NCBI GenBank assembly: GCA_017499595.2
Contig: CM039002.1
Coordinates: 3,162,001-3,226,000, forward strand
Origin: Psilocybe cubensis
Lineage: Eukaryota
DNA: 64,000 nt
Direction of reading: 5' to 3'
Below the pieces are notes generated by a model, which worked only from the letters and a program-made list of their open reading frames with translations, made no database searches and had not been told where the DNA came from. The position numbers and the translations under genes are program-made. Positions 14,002-28,100 of this stretch are shown here, piece after piece (the stretch's first letter is position 1; each line of letters begins with the position of its first letter).

Positions 14002-14652
14002 TCAATAAACCCCTTTATTCCTCATCAACATCTGATACCTCTCTAGTTCATAAACGTAAGGCATGATGTAGTCCCCATCGCGGTCAATAAATGACCTGAA
14101 TTCTTTCTGGTACATATCCTTGTGTAGATCCCGCAGAATTTTGTAGATATATAATTCTTTTTGTCGTCTGAAGTAAAGATCTGGGTGCTTGAGTTTAATG
14201 TCCTTGCTTTTATTGCGAACTTCGCGATCGTATTCCTTCAGTGTATGCTCCACGGATGCCCGACCCTTGAGCACAATTGAGATAAAATCTTTTGCTTGGG
14301 CTTGTAACTTTTTCTGCTGTAGAAACCAGAGAAAAATAAACGGATTGAGACGGAATTTGACTTGAGAGCTTTGGTATTCTCACCTCCGCATTTTCCGGTG
14401 GATCTTGAAAGTACATATCCATCCAGTCCCGAAGAAACGACCTAAACTCAGTTATCGGGTCGTGTTTGGATTTCCAACGCTGAGAATCTGGATAAATGGG
14501 AAGCTCCATTTGCAAATTTGCTTCGCGGTGATTTGGATATCCAGCAAAGAAGATAGAAGGTAGCTCAATACAGTCGCCCCAGGCGAGCTTGTAAGGGAAT
14601 GTATGTTTCTGAGTGCGTTTTCATTATGTGCGCTTATAAGTGGCCGCAACAT
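14002..14652 (-). CDS. Hypothetical protein, probably spliced
   Basis: Three overlapping minus-strand ORFs with protein-like composition; no recognisable domain; exon structure unresolved. Confidence 0.35.
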
Positions 14653-15291
14653 TGTGTCCTACGCTTCTTGTTCTCCTTTAATTGGAAGCTAATTTTTGTC
14701 GCCAGTAGTTTAAAGGGGCCCTTGTGAGGGTCAATCCAGACGTGTTACGATGCCAAGTTGGTCACGATCATGGAGTATTTTTTTGTTCAATTGATTCAGA
14801 ATCCTTTGTTTTCATAAAAAAGGTATCACAGTAAGGTCGAAGCTTGTTTCTACCGGAACTTTGCGGTCAATTTAATCTTTTTGATTGAGGGGCTCCTAAG
14901 GGGGAAATGATCGAGACCGAGAGGCTTCATTAAGTTCTTGACTTGTTCAGTGTTCTTAACTTCCTGAGCGCTTATACCGGTGATCGCACTCTCACAGACT
15001 CAAAGTACTATTCCACTGCTTACATGCCCTCTATGCAAATTTCCGGGCTAATACCATTGTCCCGAGGCCTGTGAATATCCATTATCACGGCCGTCGGGGT
15101 CGACCAGAGAGGGTCTGCAAGATGTGAAGCTTATCTTATCGCCTCCTATCATAAGTGACGTCTTATCTCGTGGGCTAGACCAACCGCGGCTTCTCATTGC
15201 CCATCTTTGATGATCAGGATCTCCTACGCTGTCGCGCTTAAAACCAAGCTTTGTAGGGGTACCATCTCCCATTCACCTCCATCCTCCCACC

Positions 15292-16722
15292 ATGTCAGTA
15301 TCATCATCGACATCTAACTTGGGTGAGCTTTCTGCAGCTCGTTACGGCAAGACCAAAGTCAGGGTTTTCCGCATTGTGCGAGAAGGCAAATGGCATCACA
15401 TTGTCGAGTACAATGTGCAGGCTCTTCTGGAGGGAGAGATCGCTGTAAGGTGAGCGGTGGGAAGAGATAGACAGCATCATTGCAGCACTGACTATAAGCC
15501 AGCTACTCGGAAGCTGATAACTCAGTGGTCGTTGCCACCGATTCCAGTGAGCATTGTTTATCCATATCACCTAAAGAATGCCTGCTGACGTCCAATAGTC
15601 AAGAACATCACATATTGTGCGTGAAGGTCGACCTCATTCTATCCATAAGCTCATCATAACTGGGTACCCATTGTAGACCTGGCTAAGATCTCCCCACACA
15701 TCCTGAACGCCGAAAAATTCGCTCTCCATCTTGCAACTTTCTTCGTCTCCAAGTATGCTCATATCTCGAAGGCGTTTGTTGAGATCGAGCAGCTCCGATG
15801 GACGAGAATCCATGTTGCCGGCGAAGAATCTCCTGAAGGACACCCTCATTCCTTCTTCAGAGATGGAGACGACAAGCGCATCGTTAAAGTCGAGGTGAGT
15901 GAGGTTTTGTGTTTCTGGTTATAGGAACACATAGCACATACTAATTGTCTATTCAGGTTGATGGTAGTGCAGGAAAGGACAAACTTGTGGGCAAAGTGAC
16001 CGCGGGTATCAATGATCTCCTGGGTAAGCGTCAAACCTGCAACCTAATTCATCACCCTGGAGCTCATTAAAATCACGTCAGTCCTGAAATCTACTGGATC
16101 CGCGTTCGAGAACTTCTACCGCGACGAATATACGACCCTTGTGGAGGTAAACGACCGCATCTTCTCCACCTCCGTCGACCTGTCGTACACCTTCACAAAC
16201 ATCCCTATTGCCGCCCCTACCGATGAGAAGAAACTGGACTTTGTGATTCCTGTCCAAAAGGGAGAGACTGGGTATGCAGGAAGTGTGTGGGACGAAGACG
16301 TGCCTGCTCGTGCTCGTGCAGCTACTCTCGAGACCTTTGCTGTTGATGAAAGTGCCAGTGTACAGGTAAGCTTTGGATGAACTATGTGCGGATCAGGCTT
16401 TAATGCTTTTTCGCAGGCTACATTGTATAAGATGGCCCAGCGCATCGTGGCTGAAAATGACTCTGTCCACTCAGTGACATATACCCTGCCCAACAAGCAT
16501 TATATCCCCGTCGATATGAGGTACCTTGATGTCGATAACCTGACACCGTGAGTTATTTGCTTTGTTGGATTAAGTTGTGTGCTAATTTGTGTACAGATCG
16601 AAAGCGGAGGTGTTCGTCCCAATTGCTGCTCCAAGGTATGAACCTCTCTTGAATTATTGTAAACCAATTCCAACTGACTTGTCATCAGTGGCCTAATTTC
16701 TGCTACAATTACTCGAAAGTAA
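15292..16722 (+). CDS. UOX: Urate oxidase (uricase), many small exons
   Basis: ARYGKTKVRV, ADNSVVVATDS, HPHSFFRDG, VLKSTGSAFENF, DRIFST, ESASVQATLY, LPNKHY, SGLISATITRK*. Confidence 0.95.
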
Positions 16723-16921
16723 ACAAATCACGATATACCGAAATTTGTATTTTTCTAATAGCTATATCTATAACACCGACCCTAAAGAGATTCTCTGCTC
16801 GAGTGATTGCAATTTTTGGCAACAACACGTGTTCAAACATCTGGTAGGTGACATCGTAGATCATCGCTTCATAACAACATAATCAACGCCAACTCCATGT
16901 ATGTCATTGTATGATGTAACA

Positions 16922-19510
16922 TCATGCCAAAGCAACTGCCCCTATTACGAGTCTTTCTACAATGGTAGGGTCTCTTTCATGCACTATACATTCATGGCTT
17001 TTGATACGGTCAAACGATTTGAGCAAGGCGTCTTGAGGACCTTCGGCGTCGAGCCTCATTACCATGTCGTCGTCGCTAGGATTATCCACACCATGACTAA
17101 ATGACAAAATCGACGCCGAAAATATTAAAGTCAGTAGAGCAAAAAAAACATTGAAGATAACTTCAACTCACACTTCTTTGACGTGAAGTCTCAACGAGCC
17201 CTTTGTACCTAGTTTTCTGCAGTATGTACACATCATAGGACCGTCTTTCGCTGGATTTAATAAAGGTGCGTCGGAACAGCGCGGCGCTGACATGATTGCT
17301 TGTCTCGCAGCTTGCTCTCGTTCTTTGGGGACTGGGGTTACCGCGAGCACGGTGGCTACACTACGTATATGCTTATGAGCTTTATGTTGCGGCTGTGCAG
17401 AGAAGACAGTAAGTATATCAATAGGTACAAGACAGACTCAAAAAAATCATACAATCCAAGACCATCGCATGACATGCTGCCATCCATAGAAATGCGAACA
17501 CGTTATACATGAGACTATGGGAAGTTGAGCGTCCATTTCCTCCCTGGTGATGATTTTCGGATCGAATCCAAACTTCGTGAGGGCGCTGGCTAGCAAGGAC
17601 ATGGAGCGTGTGTCGAAGTGAATTTGATTGTGGGCATTCCAACGAGTCTGACCGCATGCTAGTTGTAAGGCTATTGCATCTGGATGAGCGCCGTCTTGCC
17701 TGTGTTTCTTGTAATTAGAGAAAGAGTCTGCGGAGGGCGTGTGTGGAGGTGTATGACTGTTTGTGTATGCGTGGTGATGAACCAGTACCCTAGGGTATTG
17801 GATCAATCCTTTAGATGGTTCGCAATCATGACAATGGAAGGTTGTTGTCGCCAGTCGCAAAACAGTGGCTGGATCAACTGGATAATTATCTTTGGCACAA
17901 GCGTCTGTGATCATTGAGATAAGTTGTTCCTCTCGCTTGCGCAACGTCCGAGCAGTGATCTTGGGAAGCGCAACTCGTACGCGCTCAAAATGTACAGGCG
18001 TGAGTATTTCGTTAAGTCCGTACGCATGAATGGTGGACTGGACGACAGGATAATGTATGAAGTCCACGAGACGTGGCACATACGCATTTGGAGGGAGCTC
18101 GAGGGTATACTGTTCAAGAATGTTGGTGAGAAACGGAATTGCGCGGATGACCCGGTAGTATCGTTCTCGCTCTTGCCGTATCCTCCTAATACGCCCCATA
18201 CTGTTGTTAAAGAAATTACCCAGCCCCCGAAGTGCTACCATATAAATCTTCATTAAATGCTGCGTAAAACCTCAAAATTGAATACGTACCAGTTGGAGTG
18301 ATATCATATTTATAATAACTGGTAAGTATGTCCCAGTTTTGGATTCTGTGGGCTGGATTGGTGATGAGAGAGATCTCGTCTTTCCACCCTAAGGACTCTA
18401 TATATTTCACAACACTGAAAAGACGTCAGAACCATATAAGAATATAAAAATAAGGGGGAGAAGAAGCATAACGCACAGTTTCTTCTTCTCACTAAGCCTC
18501 CATTTGTCAAAGAATATTTGGTATGGGGCAGCAGTCTGTTGAGGGAGCATCGGTACATCAACTGTGGGTTTAGACTGGCACTGAGCTATCTGTGGCAGTT
18601 AACTTACCCTGTTCGCATTGTTTCCGACTTCGATCTTATTGGTGACCCAAGTTTTTCTATCTGCAGTTTGAGAGAAATCACTCATCCAACGTATCAAAGA
18701 GGGAATATGCCAATGGGTGATGGTGCGACCGTCTAGCCGTCGGATCGTATAATCAGTACATACCTACATGAAATCAGAAGTAGAAAACTTACTCCGCAAT
18801 GCTGAGACATGAGGCAAGTGGCGCAATAATATTTCAGCCTGAGGGCGCCAGGTAATCCAGAATCCATAGTTACGGAATGTTATATCGGTACTGAAGATTT
18901 TCCTGGGGAAGTAGATATGCAAGAGGAATATAACAACGAAGAGCATCACGTACTTGTCCGACAAACAATCAACACAGCTTCTCATTCGCCCAGGAAACCA
19001 AGTGAGGAGCTTCTTGGGTTTTTCCTCAGTTGACTCCACGAGGCAAATCTAGGAAAAATGAGGTGAATCTATATGCTGCACAAAAGTCATAACAATCAAT
19101 GACAACATACATCACAATGTTTCTTGAACATCATGACTGCGTAGCGCAGTTCGCTGATGTCTTTAGGACATTCAGGCAGTCCAGGGACATCCGTGATCAT
19201 TGACCTAGACTCTCTCCAAATGGCACGCGACTGTTTGCATCGAAGGATAGACCGAAAATCTTTGGACGTCCACGCCAGGTGGACGAGGTCAATCGGCTCC
19301 ACCTGACTAAATATCTGAAATACCAGCGTCGGTGTGAAGGGGGTTTGGTAGTGGTTAAAGACTCACTTGGGACAAAATCTCAGTTGGCATGTCCTCTAGG
19401 GAAGTGGCTGTTTGTTTGGACGCGTCAGTCGCTGGTGTCTATAGCGAACTTATGATTGCGTACCGCCTTCAGCGCGTATACCTTCGACGCGTTTTTCAGA
19501 CTCATCCCAT
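16922..19510 (-). CDS. F-box protein, agaric-expanded type with Cys/His clusters (ends approximate)
   Basis: MPTEILSQ|IFSQVEPIDLVHLAWTSKDFRSIL..SRAIW..LPECPKDISELRYAVMMF..HCDVC; RMRSCVDC; later LATTTFHCHDC and MCTYC. Confidence 0.75.
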
Positions 19511-19769
19511 GATATGCCACTCTCTTCGTTATCCTGTTTTTCATACTTTCTTTCAGGATTGGGGCACAAGCCCGATTCACAAGTTTTACGCTTCTTGCTG
19601 TTGTGCATGGTCATTGTGAAAGAACGAAACCGGTGCCCCCTTACTTATTAAGTAGGCGACAGAGAGTGGCACCAAATGATGGGCATCGGGAGCTATATGC
19701 ACATCCCATTATAAGGACCCATCGTCTGTTTAACGGTCAAAAACATTAATATTATATTGAATTAAACAG

Positions 19770-20854
19770 TTATTGTACAATTACACCTGTTACATCTGAA
19801 AACCACGCTCGCTGATCTTTCGGTGTCGCCCATTCCTTTGTGTGCCCTGCAAACACGTAAGACTCAATTTCTATCTTGTATGACGACCGTACCTCCAAAG
19901 AACGTCTGAAAGTGCATGCCTTTGATTTTACCCTCTTCTCTTTCTCTAAATGAGAGCCCATCCGCCAACATGACACTTTGGCCATCGATCCATAATTCAA
20001 ACTCGCCTTGAAAAAAGTGAGAAAGGAAAACTCATCAATCGACAAAATCTACCATTGTTTTCACCGACGTCATTCAGTTTGACTCGGAAAGCTATCGACA
20101 TCCATCGCGAGACCGCACGATCAAAAGTATACGCGCCACGACCTACCGAAAAGCCGTAATCAGCGTTTGGTATTGATAGAGGCGGGACCCTAGAAAGCTG
20201 TGAATCGTTGGATTGAGTTAGAGGAAGATATGCGTAAAGTTCTCCGATGGATTTTGCTCTGTGAGGTGTTATGGTCGTGGCTTGTTCTGAATTTTTGGGA
20301 ACCATACCTCCACATCGGACGAAGATTGAAACAGTGACAGCGCTTTTCCTGCCTCCCGCCTGTGCATCCGTAAGCCAGGTCACCTACCCCGCCATCTATG
20401 GTCACAAAGATCAGCATAAGTCGCATAGACACAAAAACATCAACTTGCATACTCCAGGGAATTTCCCGCCCTTGACCCATTCCCATTCACCTTGAAGCAT
20501 CATCCTATAGCTGAAAATGGCCTCTTTTGCAAATTGTAGGCGTTCTGCAAAGGCAGACGGTCCTGAAAGGTAGAACCCGAATCCTCCCGGAATAGGACCA
20601 GAAGGGTTGATCGAATTCTTGGGATACAACGCCTCCCAAGCAAATGTAGGTGGTTTATTCTCATTGTCAGTCTTTGGCGGGCGTACGATTTCGTGGGTCG
20701 TTGAAGATGATATCTTGTGTACACCAAGTTCGGTGTCATCCAGGGATATCAATTGCACATTCGAGGGAAGAGGTTCGGAACTGCAGGTAGTGAAACCACA
20801 CAGAATTTCCTTTGTCGGTACGAGATGCGAGAATTTAAAAACGCTGTTTTCCAT
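19770..20854 (-). CDS. Polysaccharide lyase family 14 (alginate/glucuronan lyase-like), no obvious signal peptide
   Basis: YPKNSINP, GGFGFY, FSYRMML..WEWVKGGKFPG, GELYAYLP, YGFSVGRGAY, VKLNDVG, ELWIDG, FQTFFGGH..WATPKDQRAWF. Confidence 0.85.
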
Positions 20855-21247
20855 TTCGTCAGAAGTACTGGGATAGGATAGTTGTATGAAACTTGAAGCT
20901 GTTGATGCTATCCCTTGTCGATAGGGGTGAGTAATTTTTGTTTTTTTTGAAGTTCCGACTGTAATTGATTTCCTACCGTTCCATCTTTACTCCGAAAACC
21001 AACCTAGAACTTGCTTTGTCGAAGACTATCGATCTCCTATTCTTGTTAAGGACACTAGTTCTCTGTGGCTCAGATTTCCCTTCATTTTTGACACTCTGGA
21101 TCTTGCATGTCGCGAGAATAGACCTTGGTTAGACAGGTGTTAATACACTCACTAGTAATAGGGACCTATCAATATTCGGTCTACTAGGGTTTCCTCAGGT
21201 CATCTCTACCGTTTCGTAAACTCTCAATTCCGTGTCGAGACTGGGTT

Positions 21248-23895
21248 ATGACCAACAATTTTATGGACGACGATACAAGTCATTCCGACACTGTTGACGA
21301 GGTAAAACGTGTATACGAATCTCTCTGGAACAAGTATTCTTCCTGGAGCAAGCTTTACAATCAGAGTAAGCTTTCCGGACTATCCAGAGCACAAGCACGG
21401 CGGAAACTTTCGCTGCAGAAAAAACCAAACCTTCCACAAGCTCAATCGCCAGACATATCCTCTTCCTCAAGTAGTCGCTCGTCCACAACGACCCATACGT
21501 GTACTATAATTGATTTTGACGATGATGGAGAACCACAAGAACACACAATCACCCAGATCCAACCCACTCCAGTGGATACAGACATGTTTTCTCCTTATCC
21601 GCCTTACCATTCGTGCACCCCTGCATCACATAATATTATGGTAGGCGACGATTCCCATTATATGGAATTTATCCCGTTTTCGGATGACCCAACATATGAC
21701 TATTCTGTCGATCTGGAGCTATATCACTATACTTCGTGGCAAAAGTCATACATAGATCCCGAAGGTAGGGCCGCACATCTACGTATTTTAAATTGCTACT
21801 AATCTCCCGGCAGAGCAACACATTCTACTGGAAACAATCAAACGACTAGTCAGCGAGAACGGCATGTCTTACCAGACCATCGACGCAACAAACGTTCTCC
21901 CAATACCATGCCACGACATTGTAAACCTAATACGCAAACGGTATGCTATCTTTGCTTACCATGGTCATTTAGTAGACCGACAGAGACATCAAAAAGCGAT
22001 TTTCCAAAATGGCTTCCCCAACCTGTAGACTCGAACTTTCCACCGCTTACAAAAACGGACACACCGTCAGCCGCTGTGGACTACTTTCTGGAATACTTCT
22101 GCGCCAACTTAAACTGCCTTACTGGCTTCTGCACCCTTCACGATGGCGAATGTATGTTGCCTTTTTGACTTCGGTTGGTATTTCCGACTGACATTTAACA
22201 TTTTTAGCAGTCAGGGAGCAGGCACCCAAATTTGTGGCTTCGAAATTCCCTTTCACAAAAGCTTCTGATACAGTGAAGAAACCTTGCGGGCCTCATTGTT
22301 TCCTTCACCCCCCAACCACACCCATCCTCGCACGTGTTCCATTATTTTATAACATCTGACGCAATTTAACGTATTTATGGCAGGAAGCTCCGTGGACAAA
22401 GGAAGACACAGAAATCGTACAATTGAGCCTACGCTTCGCTCCCGACGCAACACCGTGCGATCTCTCTGTAATATGTCGGAAACCATGCCGTGAAGTAGGC
22501 CTTTTTATCTTCATGTCATTAGTTATTAAAGACGATCTCCAGATTCACCGATATCAATCTACTTACTCTCGAGTTGCTACAGAAGATTCTACTAGTAAAA
22601 CCCGTCACACGTCTCAAACGAAGACGAAAAAATATGGTACTTCACGACGTTTCATGGGAGGTTATTTCAAAATACTTACAAACACATTCAACTCAGACGA
22701 CGACTCTAAACCAAACCAATTCACCCCGTATGATGCTTTTGTAACACACTTCGCGCATGGATGAGCTGAATACGAACCTGAAATAAATCAAGGAACATGC
22801 CTTGCAGACATACTGGACCATGCTCCGCTTCCACTGGTTGTGAATGCTACAAGAACAAGGCGCACTGTCATACCCGGTGCGGGTGTAACAAAAAGTGTTC
22901 GTGATCATCTATTTTATGTGTCTGCTTACCCACAATGTGGACAACAGGTGTACGAAGATGGAAAGGCTGCAGCTGCGCACGCTCAGAAAAAGCATGCGGG
23001 ACGAAGAAGTGCTCCTGCTTCCGAGCTCACTTCGAGTGTGACCCGGAAGTATGCCATCCATGTGGATCAAGGTGCGTGCACTCTTCCTTCAATATTTGAA
23101 ATGGCCTTAAGTATTTTTCTTTCTTGTGGGACGATAAGTAGAGGTGAGCGTCCATGCTCACTTAACTCTGGTATACCTTTCTTATTTTGTTTGCTTTTCG
23201 AGAGGAACATGGCAACGGTCTGTGCAGAAACGTTGGGATACAAAAGGGGGTATTTAAGGTAATCAAGTTCTTATGGCCTATGTTCACCCCTGATGCCGTT
23301 GTCCAAACAGGCTACTGAGGTCAGGGAAAGCGAATGGGGACTAGGTCTTTTCCTATCAGAGCCTGCAGAAGAGAAAGAACTCATCTCAGGTAACCGCTCT
23401 TATACTCAGCTTTATATAAGAAAACTGACCAAATTGCCTGGTGATCGTAGAATACGTTGGAGAGATGATTCGACCTTTAACGGTCGAGTCTAGAAAGTCT
23501 GTTCATTCCTTGTTTCAATTATTCCACTTACCCATTTCTCTGCAGCTTCCACGCGGAGCACAGAAATAGGTCGTATGTATTTGATCTCAACCCAACATAT
23601 TCCCTGGACGGTGCATACGCTGGAAACCAGACGCGGTACATGAACCACAGTGTAAAAGCGGCAAATTGCCATACGAGAGGTACAACTCATGAACCCTTGT
23701 CAGGAATGTCCACTGACCCGTCTTTAGTCATGATGGTCAATGGGGAACATCGAATTGGTGTATACGCAGGTCTGTCCTCCTCCCCTAATCCAGGTATGAC
23801 GACTCTAAATGGCGTATCTAGCACGACGCATCGAAGAGGGTGAAGAGCTGCTCATTGACTATGGAATTCACTTCTGGCCTTCGGAGTCGATTTAG
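21248..23895 (+). CDS. E(z)/EZH2-like CXC-SET histone-lysine methyltransferase (putative H3K27)
   Basis: FCANLNCLTGFCTLHD; Cys-rich CXC (PCRHTGPC..CEC..HCHTRCGC..GCSC..CSCFRAHFECDPEVCHPCG); SET motifs WGLGLF, EYVGEMI, RYMNHS, VMMVNGEHRIGVYA, EELLIDYG; TAG 23893-23895. Confidence 0.85.
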
Positions 23896-25173
23896 GGAAT
23901 ATTCCTAAGACGCGTCTGATTTAACCGTGGCGCCCAAATAGACGCCCGGAGCTCAAGATGGAATACTTGTATTTTATTATATGACATCCATCTCCATAAG
24001 ATATTTCTCGGATTTCTCGACTCCTCCATTGGATTAATCACATTGATTAGTAAAACATGACATCCGATTGGCTTTTATAATTACCAACGTCCGGAGGTTG
24101 GTTGTGAGATGATTACCAAGACTGCATGTTAATGGGCTTGATTGGTAAATCTGTCCACTGCATTTCCCTCAGGTAGTTTTTTTGTGAGTCAACCCTCACG
24201 CTGGATATTCTACTGTACATTCTGTAATATATTGGTAGCTCCTCGCACTTGGTGTGTATCGTGTCTGTGTGCTAATAATAGTGAGTGGTTTACAATGTGT
24301 GATGATGTGAAATAATGATGGTGTGTCCTGCCTTGATATCGCCTTCACTGCAATCTGGTTGTTGCTTTCCTAGTGTCAAGGGCCGTCCGGTGTATTGAGT
24401 CGATCAATTCTCTATCCACGGCCAACCTCCCACCAGTGCCCGTCGACTTCTTCATCACCCAAATTTACTAATTACAAACCGGTCGATCAATCCATCCTCG
24501 TGTAAACCTCATGGTCGAAGGTAAATTACGTCCGTTAGATAGTATGCTGGCAGTTCATTATGTTCGACATAATGAAGACTGATTGAATACATACATTGTA
24601 TTTGGGATTGCATTGCTCGGGCAGCGGCGTTCTCGGTGCATGTCCCCGTTGAAGTCGGGAGGGTGTACTGATTGATCTTTGAAATTCACTGGATGTTTAA
24701 ATGTGTATACGCAAGCTGTTTTACTTTGAAGTACAAGTGGCGAGGACTAGAAGATAAACGAGATTCTAGGTTGCGGTCAAATCATGGCCCGTTTGTGGTT
24801 AAAAGGGGTCCTTTTTGTGTTAGAGAAGCAAGTCAATTTCCAAAGGCTATCACAGTAAAGAATTCCTTTCAATGTGACAAATAATAAGTCAATTAAGAGG
24901 CTATGAGTCTTGGTGGTTGAATTTTGAACAAAGCGGCGAGTCAGAAACAGTTGCAAGCCACCCAGAGCCAAACAAGACCAAATTGTTGCCTTCCTCCTCC
25001 CTCCAACGTCAACGCCGCCTACTCATTTTCTCCAAAACGGAATCTTTTCTTGTCTTTTGTACCCTTATTTCGTCCGATAGGAGAAGAAATACATCTAGGT
25101 CCAGCTACCGGCAGTCTCTGCTGTCTGAAAAGACCCCAGTCCGAAAGACCACAGTCCATTTGATCAATAAGCC

Positions 25174-28100
25174 ATGCGCGAGTCCAATTTTGCCTTTCCA
25201 GCACAAAACAAGGCATGTGTATGTATAACATCTCAACTCTACGATAGGCGGGGTGCGTGCTTTAGAAGCTGTAATTTATTTCGCATTTTTAGCTAATTTA
25301 TTGCGATTTATAGCGTTGGATACAACGTCGCCATTGCCACTCTTCAACTCACTCACACATCTTACGTATCTCACCTCGACGTCGCCCAGGATCCGCGAGA
25401 TCATGACCATGGACGGCGGGCTCGAGCGGCTTGTGCGGATCCTGCACGAGTTTTGCATATGCCCACCGCCCCCCGAGAACCCAGCCATCCTGTACGGGCT
25501 AACGCCGCCCAATGCGAGACTGGCGAAGCTGAGCCCGGCATTGAACCCGCATTCGTTCGACAAGCATGCAGCGTACCGCTTCTCGCTGGCGTTCCAGTGC
25601 ATCGTCAACATCGGCGTCAGAGGGAGCGAGCCGATCAGGAGCCGCGTGGTGCAGGCGGGCACGCTCGAGGTCGTGGGCTGCATCTTGGAGGCGTGGCTGG
25701 CTAATAAGGGGTTTGCGGTTGGTCCGAGCTCGAGTGCGACGGGGATCCCACGGGAAACGAGAGAGCAGAGGCAGCAGCGGCGCATTGCACAGATGGAGCA
25801 CCGCCAGCGGGAGGATGCAGCGCATTTGCAGAGGGCATTGCAGAGGCAGCTCATGGTCGAGCAGATGCAACATCGGACCGCGAATGAGACTCAGCGCCAG
25901 CGTGTGCGCCAGGGGCGACCATCTGACGAGCAGGTTCGTCTTATCTCTCAGATTATTACAATGTTCCTATTCACATTTCTTTCAGGATGATTTAATGGAC
26001 TACTCCCCCGCTGAAGGCTCAATGAGCCATATCCTCCTCCTATCCGAGTCACACTCGCAGCCATCCAACTCAAACAGCGACACCGACGTATCTACAGACA
26101 ACTCAATGGCAGCAACACCACAAGGTTCAGGCACACCCACTGGATCCGTCGTTATTCCCAGCAGAGATCGCAGTGGCACTATCATCGCCCGGCCCATCTG
26201 GGACAATCAGACCGCAGGGCCAGCAACAGCCCCAACAGCAACAGCAACCACAGCACCCCCGGCAACAGCCATGGCGCTCGCAGCAAGCACTACCGTGCGT
26301 GGGCGACGCACGCGGCACCGCGAGCTTCCCCCCGAATCCCCATCTGCCTCAACAGACATCTCGCGCGCCGAGACTGAGACAGAAGACGATATCGACGTTG
26401 ATAATGATGTGGACATGGACATTGACCGCCACCGTATTGACTCCGATGTTGCATCTGCATCTGCATCACCCTCGCCAGAGAGGCGACCACGGGGCGTTGT
26501 TGTTCCTGTGCCTCGGCATAACATGGGTCGGCGTGCTGTAGGTATTGTGTCCGATGAACCAAACGCAGGCCCACAGACTCTCCAGGTCGGTGGGCTCGGG
26601 CTTGATACCGATGCACATATCATTATCAATGAAGCCGGAGGCGTTGTTGGAGACGGAGGCGTGGGTGTCGGTGTTGAGGTCGGAGTCGAAGATGGGATTG
26701 TATCTTTAGAACCAAACGACGATTTCGCGATGGGTGCACCCCCCGGCGCCCCAGGAGCAATTATCGGTGCAGAGGGTGCAACGCCACGGGTGCTTAATCT
26801 TAATGCAATGGATGGTGGCGCAGGTGGAAATGCAGGCGAAAGGAGACGGAGAGGAAATACAGTAGATGCGCCTGATGTTACACCCCGCGCGGCCCTTGTC
26901 GGTCTACCTATGATGGCTGGGGCGGCAACGATACCTGCTGGGACAACTCGTGCGACCCAGGGTGGTGCCCATGCACACGCACACCATCGTACTGCTACGA
27001 TCCGCGGTCGCCCTGCACCTACTGCCGCCGAGGCCACAGCAGGAACTGGAACAACTACAGCAGCTACCGGCGCTGGTACAGGAGCAGGAACTACAGCGAC
27101 TGTTCCAACAGCGGCACAAACAGCCGCTGCAAACCTCGCGGCCGCACTAGGCGGTGTCGGTCTTGGGGGTGGTGTGGGTGGTGGGCAGCGGGCGGGCAGC
27201 AGTAGCCACCATCATCGCGATGCAGATTCGGGGCCGTACCGTGACGAGGATGTGCTCCTGAGCCTGCAGCTCCTTGCATACCTTTCGAAATACCCACACG
27301 TGCGCCAGGCATTCTACAAGCCCCGTGTGACATTTCATCCCGCGAGCGTCAATCTTCCTGGGGCTAGGTTTGGTGTGGGTGTACCTGCGGGGTCAGGGGC
27401 GAGTACGAGGGAGAGGAGGGAGAGGGAGAGGGTTGTTGCGGGTGCGCCTTCGTCTTCATCAGCCTCGGTAACAACAGCTGGTGCGAGCTCAAGTACAAGT
27501 ACGAGTCCGACAGCGTCTACGTCACAAAACGGCTTTTTCAGAGCCTTCACCAATGCCGCCTCAAGCAATAGCCGAGGCAAAACATCATCTTCCACCCCTT
27601 CCACTTCTACGCCCTCCTCTTCCACATCTGCCGCTGCAATGGCCTCCTCCTCCAGCGCTTCCAACGTTAATTCGCAACAAACACCCGTAGTATCTAGTAC
27701 TGCAGCGAGCACAGGCGCGCCTTCATCTGCGAAGCAGACGAATGTATTTTCACTCGTGGAGAGGTTTACGTTCAAACCGAGTTCGACTGAGACTGACCTG
27801 CCAAACCCCCCGCCCAGGCTTCCACCAGAGATCCAGTACTGGGCGGGTGTGATTATGCGGAACGCGTGTAGAAAGGATGATAGCAGGGGTGGAATTCGGC
27901 AGTGTGCAAATAGTGAGTGTCGATTTCTTGCCTTTTTACCGTCTTTGCGGCTCTGTTGTGTCCTTGATCTATTTTGCATATTCTTTCTTTTTTGCACATT
28001 TTCCATGCTTCTTTTTTCTAAATAAAAATACACATGGTTACTGATTCTTTTAATTTTTTCTAGTGATGTGCGGGAAATGGGAAACCTACCCTCGAGAATT

